Virus record (IMG/VR): IMGVR_UViG_3300047545_000175
Span: 1-37,554 of that record
Length of the DNA: 37,554 bases
DNA from: a virus
Taxonomy: Duplodnaviria > Caudoviricetes
Strand: one strand, 5' to 3'
Below are positions 1 through 7,548 of the stretch, one piece after another. The position numbers and the translations under genes were made by a program. Within the stretch, counting starts at the first letter, position 1. Each line of letters starts with the position of its first letter. The notes under the pieces are model-generated. The model saw nothing but the letters and a program-made list of their open reading frames with translations. It was not told where the DNA came from and made no database searches.

Positions 1-25
1 AAAAAAAGGGGCCTGTCAAGCCCCT
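1..25 (-). terminator. Rho-independent terminator
   Basis: Minus strand AGGGGC-TTGACAG-GCCCCT followed by a T run, directly after the 30..398 stop codon. Confidence 0.75.
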
Positions 26-29
26 ATCT

Positions 30-398
30 TTAAAAAAGTTCAGTTTTCTTTCTAAACTTGTTCAGCATTTCCCTTACATGGTCAGGCATTGGGGCTGCTT
101 TCTTGGAATCTTGCTCGATCTTGACCAGCGCAGGGTCTTTGTAAACACTCACATTGACCATGATGTCAGGCACTTCAGCGCCATCCCACCGCATTTGGTT
201 GATGTAAACCAAGGGAGCTGGAATAAAAGCGCCGCTTTCCTTCTTCCAATCGTTAGTTGTTTTCATCCAGGTCACATGAGCAATGATCTGCTCGGCCTGA
301 GTGTCTAGCTTTAGTTTGTCCCATTTCGCTCTGCAAAGAGATTTAGCGCCCTTGCGTTGTGACTTAGGCCAAGCGTCCCAGAATTGTTCAAATGTCAT
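30..398 (-). CDS. Protein resembling the C-terminal domain of phage replication initiators (replisome organiser-like)
   Basis: FEQFWDAWPK..K..K and FIPAPLVYINQMRWD motifs; ATGA coupling with the upstream ORF. Confidence 0.6.
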   Translation of the reverse strand: MTFEQFWDAWPKSQRKGAKSLCRAKWDKLKLDTQAEQIIAHVTWMKTTNDWKKESGAFIPAPLVYINQMRWDGAEVPDIMVNVSVYKDPALVKIEQDSKKAAPMPDHVREMLNKFRKKTELF

Positions 399-622
399 TT
401 TGTGCCTTTCGGTGCTTTGCCAAAGTATTGTTTTGTTCCGTCTGGATTGTCTTTGCGCAACACTGTCCACAAGTGGTCACGTTCAAGACGAGACAGGCGA
501 CTATGGGGACTTGTTGTCGGCAGGTAACGGGCAATCTCCGCTGCTGTCGCCCCCTCCTTGCGCGACAGTATCAGCTTCAGTCGAGCCATTTGACTGGCTG
601 GTTTCTTGGACGTTGTTGACAT
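395..622 (-). CDS. Small winged helix-turn-helix protein
   Basis: GATAAEIARYL..SPHSRLSRLER plus beta-wing; all 12 differences from the second copy are synonymous third positions. Confidence 0.75.
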   Translation of the reverse strand: MSTTSKKPASQMARLKLILSRKEGATAAEIARYLPTTSPHSRLSRLERDHLWTVLRKDNPDGTKQYFGKAPKGTK

Positions 623-713
623 TTGACTTTCCTTTAGAAAAGATGGCATTCCATCGGTTTGAAAACTCCTCTGCGGATACAGAGAAGGGGCGAGAAACTG
701 AACCTTTGCTCAT
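501..713 (-). CDS. Small hypothetical protein; its C-terminal half overlaps the HTH gene
   Basis: ATGA coupling at 710-713; N-terminus MSKGS..RPFSVS.EEF..RW..IF looks like a small phage protein. Confidence 0.5.
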   Translation of the reverse strand: MSKGSVSRPFSVSAEEFSNRWNAIFSKGKSNVNNVQETSQSNGSTEADTVAQGGGDSSGDCPLPADNKSP

Positions 714-901
714 TTTGGCGATCTCCGAAAATCACGTTTCTTAGGTGTTGCATGGCCCACGTGGAAGAATCCACAATGCCCACAGCGATAAGCCTCCATT
801 GGGCTGTCTCTACGCCGACCAACAATGACTAAAGCCAGTTCTTTTGTTGGCAGCTTGTCCTTGCCTTCGCATTGGCTGCTTGCGTCTGTTGTGTATGTCA
901 T
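710..901 (-). CDS. Small zinc-finger-like protein
   Basis: YRCxxCxxxHVGH motif; ATGA coupled on both sides. Confidence 0.7.
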   Translation of the reverse strand: MTYTTDASSQCEGKDKLPTKELALVIVGRRRDSPMEAYRCGHCGFFHVGHATPKKRDFRRSPK

Positions 902-1320
902 GCTCGGCTATATGCAATCACTTGCACTGGTGTGTTGTAGTTGTTAGGCTTGCCCTTGTTCATGGACGCAGCAAGCTCTGCTTTGTTAAACAAGCCTTTG
1001 GCTGTTGACAGGTCAAAAGCATTGCCAGTTGATTTCTTTGTGCCACAAGGCCAAAACTCCGTCATGGAAACTTTCTTTTCAGACTCTTTGTTGTGTACAA
1101 ACTTTTTACCAGTCAAAACATAAAAATGATTGTTTTTGCTCGTTTTGCCGATGCGCTCAGACCTTTCCAGCTTGATGTAACCTTCATTCAGTAACTCATC
1201 TCTGATAAGTGCTGCACCAACATCAAAACGCCAAAGCATACGCTTGGAAATTTTGCGGTGATGGTCGTTGGTCTTTGCGAGTTGCTCAAGGTAAAACAAC
1301 TTAGCGAGTGATTTGCTCAA
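898..1320 (-). CDS. Hypothetical protein, possible winged-helix domain
   Basis: TTG start at 1320 preceded by AGGAG; ELLNEGYIKLER...YVLTGK resembles a wHTH wing. Confidence 0.6.
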   Translation of the reverse strand: MSKSLAKLFYLEQLAKTNDHHRKISKRMLWRFDVGAALIRDELLNEGYIKLERSERIGKTSKNNHFYVLTGKKFVHNKESEKKVSMTEFWPCGTKKSTGNAFDLSTAKGLFNKAELAASMNKGKPNNYNTPVQVIAYSRA

Positions 1321-1483
1321 TGTAAATTCTCCTGTTGAAAAGGTGTTCCAGCGTAGCAATCAGAAGGGCTTTTGTGGCCGCATCTACATCGCCAGGATGG
1401 TCTGTGTAACGAGTAACAAGTGAAACCGCATAGTCTAGCAATGCTTCACTGGCTTCGTATTCGTCTTTGTCGTGTGTGTTCAT
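1301..1483 (-). CDS. Small hypothetical protein, first gene of the leftward operon
   Basis: 60-aa helical ORF from ATG 1483, overlapping the next gene. Confidence 0.6.
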   Translation of the reverse strand: MNTHDKDEYEASEALLDYAVSLVTRYTDHPGDVDAATKALLIATLEHLFNRRIYIEQITR

Positions 1484-1516
1484 AGCGCAAAGATTACAGC
1501 AAAAAAAAGTCTTGTC

Positions 1517-1536
1517 CATTAGGGTTTGTACTAATG
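1517..1536. promoter_or_regulatory. Palindromic operator-like site in the divergent promoter region
   Basis: CATTAG-GGTTTGTA-CTAATG; related copies at 27431 and 33606. Confidence 0.55.
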
Positions 1537-1588
1537 TTTTTTTTATTGCAGACCAATAAGATAGAGGCTCAACAACTTAGGAGAGTTC

Positions 1589-1744
1589 ATGAAAACACAA
1601 GCCCTCAGTAAAGTTCGCAGCTTGTTCTGCGTTGATGGAGTGCCAGTTAGCACACAGCGACACAACTGCCGACAGTGGGTTCGATCCATTCGTTTCCTTG
1701 GAGACAAGTGGTTGTTGGCAAAACCAGTGAGCAAAGCACAATGA
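1589..1744 (+). CDS. 51-aa hypothetical protein (not in ORF track)
   Basis: AGGAG RBS; MKTQALSKVRSLF...WVRSIRFLGDKWLLAKPVSKAQ; ATGA overlap with the ERF start. Confidence 0.75.
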   Translation: MKTQALSKVRSLFCVDGVPVSTQRHNCRQWVRSIRFLGDKWLLAKPVSKAQ

Positions 1745-2313
1745 AAGTCTATCAAGCAATCAATAAAGTTCAAGCTGAACTTGCAAAACAAGGCATTGGC
1801 AAAGATCGTAAAAACCAAGCCCAAGGCTACAAATTCCGATCTATTGATGATGTTTACAACGTGTTGTCTTCAATACTTGCGGAGAACAATCTTTGTGTTT
1901 TGCCCCGCATAATTTCACGCGATCTTAGATTGGCTGAAACAAAAAGTGGTGGCTCAATGCACTACGTCACAGTTGAAGCTGAGTTTGACTTTGTTTCAAG
2001 TGAAGATGGAACAAAACACACTGTAAAAAGTTATGGTGAAGCAATGGATTCTGGCGACAAAGCAACCAACAAAGCAATGTCGGCGGCTCACAAGTATGCA
2101 ATGTTGATGGCATTTTCCATCCCAACAGAAGGTGACAATGATGCCGATCAAGCACCGCAAGAAGTAAAAAAGCCAACATTGACCAACAGTCGCTTTAATA
2201 ACGCAGTACAAAAAATCATTGCTAAGGAATACAGCGTTGAACAACTGCGCGACACCTTCACTTTGACAGCAGAACAAGAATCTGCACTGGTACAGGCTTT
2301 GGCAAATGCTTAA
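1741..2313 (+). CDS. ERF-superfamily single-strand annealing protein
   Basis: GYKFRSIDDV and GEAMDSGDKATNKAMSAAHKYA motifs; next to exonuclease and SSB. Confidence 0.85.
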   Translation: MKVYQAINKVQAELAKQGIGKDRKNQAQGYKFRSIDDVYNVLSSILAENNLCVLPRIISRDLRLAETKSGGSMHYVTVEAEFDFVSSEDGTKHTVKSYGEAMDSGDKATNKAMSAAHKYAMLMAFSIPTEGDNDADQAPQEVKKPTLTNSRFNNAVQKIIAKEYSVEQLRDTFTLTAEQESALVQALANA

Positions 2314-2941
2314 ATTCAGAGCATCCTCTTTGGCTGAAATCATGACTGACCCAAAGGGCAAAGACGAAACTTTGTCTGTTGGAGCAAAAACAGCAATCAT
2401 TAAACAAGCCAAAGAGTTTATCTACGGCTATGATGAGATCATCACATCAAAATATATGACTAAGGGTCTTGAGGTTGAAGATCAATCCATTGAATTGCTT
2501 AACTCTGTCTTGTTCACAAACTTTGTAAAGAACACTGAGCGCAAGACAAATGACTGGATTACAGGAGAATGCGACATTGTTGGCAATAACAGAATTCATG
2601 ACATCAAGTCATCATGGTCGTTGTCTACGTTTCCCGTTCTAGCATCCCAAGGAGAAGACAAGACATATGAGTGGCAAGGTCGAGCATATATGATGCTATG
2701 GGACATGGATGAATTTGAAATTGATTATTGCTTAGTGTCTACACCAAAGCATTTAATCGGATACGAAAATCCAGCGATTCACAATGTTGACCACATTACA
2801 CCCGAGCTACGGGTTACCCGAGTTCTTTACAAACGCGACAAGGCGCTTGAAGACAAAATAAAAAAGAAAATAGAGGAGGCAAACAAGTTCTATGAACAAA
2901 TCATTAAACAAATCTCGAAAGAGCATGAAGGAAATCTATGA
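2306..2941 (+). CDS. YqaJ/lambda-exonuclease-like PD-(D/E)XK nuclease
   Basis: FRASS, KG.EVE, GECDI...DIKSSW, YEWQ..YM motifs. Confidence 0.8.
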   Translation: MLKFRASSLAEIMTDPKGKDETLSVGAKTAIIKQAKEFIYGYDEIITSKYMTKGLEVEDQSIELLNSVLFTNFVKNTERKTNDWITGECDIVGNNRIHDIKSSWSLSTFPVLASQGEDKTYEWQGRAYMMLWDMDEFEIDYCLVSTPKHLIGYENPAIHNVDHITPELRVTRVLYKRDKALEDKIKKKIEEANKFYEQIIKQISKEHEGNL

Positions 2942-3381
2942 ATAACATTACAGTCGCTGGTCAGCTTGGCCGTGACGCTGAAGTGCGCTATTTGCCTAAT
3001 GGCGACCCAGTAGCAAACTTTACTATTGCCGACAGTCAAGGCAAAGATAAAGACGCTATCTGGTGGAATTGCCAATTGTTTGGAAAACGTGCTGAGTCAT
3101 TGGCGCAGTACCTTACAAAAGGTCAGGCTGTAACCATTACTGGTAGCGTGAGCCAGCGCAAATACACAGATAAGAATGGTGTTGAAAAGATCAGCACAGA
3201 CGTTCGAGTCAATGATGTTGCATTGCAAGGCGGAAAGCGTGAAGCAACACAACAACCACAACAACCACAACAACGTCAGCAAGCGGCAAAGCCAAGCAAT
3301 TCTGGTGGCTTTGAAAACATGGACGATGACATTCCATTTGCCGACCCAATGAAGCGCCGTGCTTACGCATTAAGCGTTTGA
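2938..3381 (+). CDS. ssb: Single-stranded DNA-binding protein
   Basis: OB-fold motifs GQLGRDAEVRY and YLTKGQAVTITG; acidic DDDIPF motif near the C-terminus. Confidence 0.93.
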   Translation: MNNITVAGQLGRDAEVRYLPNGDPVANFTIADSQGKDKDAIWWNCQLFGKRAESLAQYLTKGQAVTITGSVSQRKYTDKNGVEKISTDVRVNDVALQGGKREATQQPQQPQQRQQAAKPSNSGGFENMDDDIPFADPMKRRAYALSV

Positions 3382-3440
3382 TTAACGGGGCTGAACATGG
3401 TGATAGACGTTATCTCTTGAGCCGTTAGTAAGCCCCACCT
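3379..3440 (+). ncRNA. Candidate structured intergenic RNA element, copy A
   Basis: TGATTAACGGGG...CCCCACCT boundaries; GGGGCT/AGCCCC stem with GAA/AGTA (loop E-like) internal loop. Confidence 0.45.
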
Positions 3441-3459
3441 TTTTAACCTGGAGAAAATT

Positions 3460-3696
3460 ATGAGTGATACAAACGAAATGACTTTTGGCGAAAAAGCTGT
3501 CGGACTGACTTTTAACCCAAGCAATGATGACAATGTATCTGCTTGCAAAGCAGGATTTGCCATTCTTATAAACATGATGAATGACTTACGCAACACGACT
3601 GAAAATCCAGAGGTCAAGCGCATGTGCAGTGTTGCAATAACAGAAGCGCAAACAGCACAGATGTGGGCTGTTAAAGCAATCACTTGGAAGTACTGA
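3460..3696 (+). CDS. Acb2/Tad1-like helical-hairpin protein, candidate anti-defence nucleotide sponge
   Basis: GGAG RBS; C-terminal R..SVAITEAQTAQMWAVKAIT resembles the Acb2/Tad1 hairpin helix (recognised by eye). Confidence 0.55.
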   Translation: MSDTNEMTFGEKAVGLTFNPSNDDNVSACKAGFAILINMMNDLRNTTENPEVKRMCSVAITEAQTAQMWAVKAITWKY

Positions 3697-3780
3697 TTAA
3701 CGGGGGAAAGCGGATGCTGTTAGTGCCACTTCAATTGCGGTGGCCGTCATATGCAAACAGACGCAGCGAGTACCCCACCT
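3694..3780 (+). ncRNA. Candidate structured intergenic RNA element, copy B
   Basis: Same TGATTAACGGGG...CCCCACCT boundaries; GAA/AGTA loop, CTGTT/AACAG and GCCAC/GTGGC stems. Confidence 0.5.
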
Positions 3781-3852
3781 ATCAAATTTAAGGATGTATA
3801 AGGCTGTCTATTAAACTCCTTATATCTTTTAACATCTCAACAGGATAATTCC

Positions 3853-4014
3853 ATGACTTTTACACTTGAACCAAATGAAGCCGCTTTTATTGTCCGTGTG
3901 CTTGGACAACTTCCAACAGAATCAAACGCATATCCATTGCACCAAAAACTTGTTGCTCAGTTCAAAGAACAAGAGGGCGAACAAGAAGTGATGCAAGTTG
4001 GAGGCACTGATTGA
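3853..4014 (+). CDS. 53-aa hypothetical protein (not in ORF track)
   Basis: AGGA RBS; MTFTLEPNEAAFIVRVLGQLPTESNAYPL...; TGATG coupling to the next gene. Confidence 0.7.
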   Translation: MTFTLEPNEAAFIVRVLGQLPTESNAYPLHQKLVAQFKEQEGEQEVMQVGGTD

Positions 4015-4331
4015 TGAAAGAAACCCAATCTTTTGGCATGACAGAGTTCCAAGTCATGCAGTGGGCTCAAGCTCGTGGCATCTATGAAAACGGTACAGCA
4101 CTAGGCCAAGCCAGCAAGACCGTTGAAGAAGCCTGTGAGTTGTTGGTAGCAATTGCCAAGAATGACAAGGCTGAGATTGCTGACGCCATTGGTGACGTTA
4201 TGGTCACACTGGTTAACGTAGCAGTGCTGTGTGACATGGATGTGCGTCAATGCTTCTATAACGCTTACAAGGTCATTGAGCCACGTAAGGGTTACATGAA
4301 TAAAGATGGCGTTTTTGTAAAGGAGTCGTGA
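4014..4331 (+). CDS. MazG-like NTP pyrophosphohydrolase
   Basis: K..EEACEL and EIADAIGDV.VTL motifs; ending AY..I..RKG.M.DGVFVKE. Confidence 0.85.
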   Translation: MKETQSFGMTEFQVMQWAQARGIYENGTALGQASKTVEEACELLVAIAKNDKAEIADAIGDVMVTLVNVAVLCDMDVRQCFYNAYKVIEPRKGYMNKDGVFVKES

Positions 4332-4621
4332 TGCTTTGCGATACTTGCGAAACAGTTGCCACTTGTTTAAAGTCTGGATGCAGAACAACAATTCATATTT
4401 CTGCACTTGATAAACAAGTATCGGGCAATCACTACAAAGACAAAGGCATCCAGCCCATTGTCTACATCCATGCAAATGATCTTGGTTTTTGTGCCGGGAA
4501 CGTGGTGAAGTATGTGACTAGGTACAAAACCAAAGGCGGGGCTGCTGACATCAAGAAAGCAATCCATTACCTAGAACTGTTGCTCGAGCTGGAGTACAAA
4601 GATGGTAACACTGCCGTTTGA
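4331..4621 (+). CDS. DUF3310 (SaV / T7 gp1.7-like) protein
   Basis: QV.G.HY, IQP, GNVVKYV.R...KGG..DIKKA.HYL motifs. Confidence 0.85.
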   Translation: MLCDTCETVATCLKSGCRTTIHISALDKQVSGNHYKDKGIQPIVYIHANDLGFCAGNVVKYVTRYKTKGGAADIKKAIHYLELLLELEYKDGNTAV

Positions 4622-4790
4622 TTACAGCAGGTGTGAGCCAGAGTTACCAGACTCACACTGCAAAAACTGCCGCCGATGGTTTCATCACCCTGAACAGGTG
4701 AACAATCCTTACGGTCAGTCTGTTGTCAGTGTGGAGTCCAGCAGCTCAGAGGCTTGCGTGTATACGCCAATCAGCTTTCTCAAGCGTTAA
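4602..4790 (+). CDS. Small Cys-rich hypothetical protein
   Basis: GGAG RBS; D.SRC...CxxCRR...C pattern; last gene of the operon. Confidence 0.6.
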   Translation: MVTLPFDYSRCEPELPDSHCKNCRRWFHHPEQVNNPYGQSVVSVESSSSEACVYTPISFLKR

Positions 4791-5296
4791 GCCATGTCCA
4801 AGCCAGTTTTTTGAACCTCTGCAACCCTACGGCCCCACCCCTTGCCAAAGGTGTCCCATGTCTGTAAGTCCATCAAAAAAGACAAGCGGCGTTTTGCATA
4901 GTCTTCAATTAACTGGTTTGTGTCAAAGGCGTTTACAGCGGCCAACGTCTTTGGGCCTATGCCACCATCAGGCTCAACACCAACACAGGCTTGCAGCCAC
5001 TTTGCAGCCCTTCCTGGGCCACTGTTAACAGCAGCATCAAAGACAACGTAATCAACACCTGTTGGCAGGTCATCACCTTTGATCTTGTCCCAATACTTGA
5101 CTTTGTACATTGGCCCGACAAGTTCAGGCGTTAGGTTACGCATAGTCTTTTCATCAACCTCATGCCCAACCCATTCTTCCCAAACACGTTTTGTTACGCC
5201 AAGGTTAGTCATGCCACCGGGATCAGCAGGGTGATTAACGTAGCCACCCTCATGATGCAAGATGGCTTTTAGTGCTGCGTCAAAGTTGTCTTTCAT
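4787..5296 (-). CDS. Endolysin, glycosyl hydrolase family 108 with peptidoglycan-binding domain
   Basis: HEGGYVNHPADPGGMTNLGVT, FDAAVNSG, DG.IGPKT, FGKGW.RR. Confidence 0.93.
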   Translation of the reverse strand: MKDNFDAALKAILHHEGGYVNHPADPGGMTNLGVTKRVWEEWVGHEVDEKTMRNLTPELVGPMYKVKYWDKIKGDDLPTGVDYVVFDAAVNSGPGRAAKWLQACVGVEPDGGIGPKTLAAVNAFDTNQLIEDYAKRRLSFLMDLQTWDTFGKGWGRRVAEVQKTGLDMA

Positions 5297-5703
5297 TTCT
5301 TGCCTTTCATGTCCATGATCTTCTCAAGCGTTCTGCCACCAAAATAAAAGCTCATGATGAGCATTCCCCACTGACCAAGCAGCTCAACATACGCTTGATT
5401 GGTGTTCAGATTGAAGGCCGACATCATGGCGAATGTGGAATAGGCCAACAGAATGAATATAAGGGTCATAGGACGGATGTTCTTGGACAGCCAAGAGTCA
5501 GACCCCATATCTGCCTTTAAGCGGTCTGTGAGGTTGTTTTGCTCAGTCTCAAACAGCTTGGTGTCGTTAGCCATCTTGGCAAGCTCACCGTCTTGCTGCA
5601 TCTTCAGCAACTCAGCCTGAGCTTTTGCTTTGGCCTCTGGGTCAGGGATCAGCTTATCAATAAGTTGAGAACCAATACCTAAAATTGCAGTCAATGGGAA
5701 CAT
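5293..5703 (-). CDS. Holin (GTA 3TM-holin-like)
   Basis: LIDKLIPDP, SWLSKNIRP, two hydrophobic helices, FYFGGRTLEK; adjacent to endolysin. Confidence 0.8.
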   Translation of the reverse strand: MFPLTAILGIGSQLIDKLIPDPEAKAKAQAELLKMQQDGELAKMANDTKLFETEQNNLTDRLKADMGSDSWLSKNIRPMTLIFILLAYSTFAMMSAFNLNTNQAYVELLGQWGMLIMSFYFGGRTLEKIMDMKGKK

Positions 5704-5706
5704 GGT

Positions 5707-6267
5707 TTACTCTCCATAAATACGCAGTATATTTTTTGCAAAAGTGCGAAGCTCATCAAGGTCAGCCATGTTTTTCATTGAGTTTGCTTTGCGCGATATA
5801 ACTTCAATGTTGCCTTTCACGTAGCCTTTTGATGAATCAATCCGATCCAATGATGTATTGCTCCACACCACTCCATCTCCAAGCAAGCGAGTAAGTGGAA
5901 TTCCAAGATACTTGCAATGCGTGGGAATTATGATGTCGGTTACATCAAGATCAAAAGGGATATTTTTTCGATTTGCCGTAGCTTTTGCTTGCCATAGCAT
6001 TTTCATTTCCCAATTTTCTGCGCGGTAACTTTCAATATTTTTTAAGTGATTTTTTTTGTTGCTAAGATAGTTGTTATTACGTTTTGTTTTCTCGCAAATT
6101 AAACAATACGGTCTGCGGGAGTGAATTTTTGCTTCAGTTCGTAACCGAAACTTTTTAGAAGGCTTTGCTGTATTGCAAATTTCGCATTCGCGATAAAACA
6201 CCCCAGAGTCAAGTCCAAGCATTTGATGCTTGCCGCCAACATCAAGTAGGGCTGTCAGTGGGGTCAT
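5707..6267 (-). CDS. Free-standing HNH-type homing endonuclease
   Basis: Two CxxC pairs; SLDRIDSSKGYVKGNIEVISRKANSMK; AT-rich relative to neighbours. Confidence 0.8.
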   Translation of the reverse strand: MTPLTALLDVGGKHQMLGLDSGVFYRECEICNTAKPSKKFRLRTEAKIHSRRPYCLICEKTKRNNNYLSNKKNHLKNIESYRAENWEMKMLWQAKATANRKNIPFDLDVTDIIIPTHCKYLGIPLTRLLGDGVVWSNTSLDRIDSSKGYVKGNIEVISRKANSMKNMADLDELRTFAKNILRIYGE

Positions 6268-6556
6268 CTTTCACCTCTTTTGGTTCTTGTTTAACAACAG
6301 CACTCACGGCACGTTTACCCATGATGCCGCCAATACCGCCAACAATCAGCAAAACAATGTCGTTCAGCATCTTGGTGTATGCCTGGTCAATCGGAGCCAT
6401 TGCTTTAATGGGCTGCTCAACAAACGTCACAGAGTAGAGCAAAGCGCCAACAATGAATGACAGGATCAGAGTGACAGCAACAACCACAAAAGCCCATATC
6501 CTGACTTCAATAGCGTCTGCTGATAGACGTTCACTCGGCTGGTTTGACTTGTTCAA
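6242..6556 (-). CDS. Two-TM membrane protein of the lysis cassette (holin/antiholin-like)
   Basis: TTG start after GGAG; two long hydrophobic segments. Confidence 0.65.
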   Translation of the reverse strand: MNKSNQPSERLSADAIEVRIWAFVVVAVTLILSFIVGALLYSVTFVEQPIKAMAPIDQAYTKMLNDIVLLIVGGIGGIMGKRAVSAVVKQEPKEVKDDPTDSPT

Positions 6557-6725
6557 TTTGTTTCTCCAAGACAGGCGCAATGATGTATTCAGGGCAAGTT
6601 TGCGAAAACTGGCAAATCGGCTTTTGACAAAACTCTTTATGGAAGTTCTGCGGGTTTTGGCATTGGTATCGATAAGTAGGTTCACAGCCAGCCAGTAAAA
6701 ACAGGATTAGGAAAAGTCGCTTCAT
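6531..6725 (-). CDS. Small lipoprotein (o-spanin candidate)
   Basis: Signal peptide with LAG-C lipobox; Cys-rich mature part; within lysis region. Confidence 0.6.
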   Translation of the reverse strand: MKRLFLILFLLAGCEPTYRYQCQNPQNFHKEFCQKPICQFSQTCPEYIIAPVLEKQIEQVKPAE

Positions 6726-7204
6726 TGCTTCATCCCATACATGACAAGGTAGACACCAAAGCCAACAAGCACAAAGATGACAACAATGCCACCAACAACA
6801 ATTAGGATTTCAACAAGCTCTTCACGTTCTTGCTTGGCTCGTAAAGCACGGTCACGGGCAAGCTGCGCGTCAATCTTGTCCTGCTTGTCCATCTCAGCCA
6901 CTCGGACCATGATGGAGTTCCAAACATCCATGTTGTTCGGAAAGAACAATCCCTTAACTTGCTCTTCAAAGTCTCTCTGTGCTTTCAGGTCAAGCTCGAT
7001 TTGAACAGCTTGGCCCATGTTAGAGCCACCCTTTTTCTTGGCGACCTTCAGGGCTTTGGTGACTTCATGCTTTTGCTCAAAGTACTTACCGAGCAATGGA
7101 CCCAGGCTGCGAACATCGTCCGCTGTTTTAGAGGCTTGCTTTATCAAGGAAACCGTTTTTTGAACAGCAGCCATTGCTGTCAGGGCTAGTGTGATCGGCT
7201 CCAT
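6722..7204 (-). CDS. Coiled-coil protein with C-terminal TM helix
   Basis: MEPITLAL start, helical body, hydrophobic C-terminus; coupled on both sides. Confidence 0.7.
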   Translation of the reverse strand: MEPITLALTAMAAVQKTVSLIKQASKTADDVRSLGPLLGKYFEQKHEVTKALKVAKKKGGSNMGQAVQIELDLKAQRDFEEQVKGLFFPNNMDVWNSIMVRVAEMDKQDKIDAQLARDRALRAKQEREELVEILIVVGGIVVIFVLVGFGVYLVMYGMKQ

Positions 7205-7296
7205 TACTTCAGCACCTCAAAAAATACCTTGGCGCACCATACGATGAGGCCAACAACAAGGGCCGCTGCAACAAAGCTAACGGCCCAATCTTTCAT
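7204..7296 (-). CDS. 30-aa single-TM peptide (not in ORF track)
   Basis: MKDWAVSFVAAALVVGLIVWCAKVFFEVLK; ATGA and TAATG coupling fill the gap exactly. Confidence 0.6.
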   Translation of the reverse strand: MKDWAVSFVAAALVVGLIVWCAKVFFEVLK

Positions 7297-7517
7297 GGCT
7301 TGTCGGCTTTACCGTCTAGCTTGTCAAAGATTTGCTTGAGGATTGCTTTGACCTCTGCAATGTCTGATCGATAGTCATCCTTGGCAACATAAACATGCGG
7401 CAAGTCGCTAACCTTGTCTTCTAGCTTTTGAATCGTGCGGGTCAAGTTGTTGATGACATAGACCGCCAAGCCCCCTGCAACTGATACGACTAAGTTGAAA
7501 AGCTGTTGATTGTCCAT
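7293..7517 (-). CDS. Small TM plus coiled-coil protein (lysis-associated)
   Basis: N-terminal TM; YVAKDDYR.DI..V...L..IFDKLD motif. Confidence 0.7.
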   Translation of the reverse strand: MDNQQLFNLVVSVAGGLAVYVINNLTRTIQKLEDKVSDLPHVYVAKDDYRSDIAEVKAILKQIFDKLDGKADKP

Positions 7518-7548
7518 GTCAAAACTCGGCTAGAAAAGGTGGTTTATT

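Larger units (their letters stand above)
1..1250. repeat. Terminal direct repeat, copy 1 (imperfect; matches 36305-37554)
   Basis: Colinear with 36305-37554 at a constant offset of 36304, no indels, about 45 substitutions by manual comparison. Confidence 0.95.

Noticed and set aside
1-1250. Diverged repeat as a DGR TR/VR pair or a physical terminal repeat
   Set aside because: Substitutions affect all bases and are mostly synonymous; a cos site elsewhere explains the genome ends
3694-3780. tRNA or self-cleaving ribozyme
   Set aside because: No T-loop GTTC or cloverleaf, and no hammerhead CTGATGA core; kept only as an unclassified structured element
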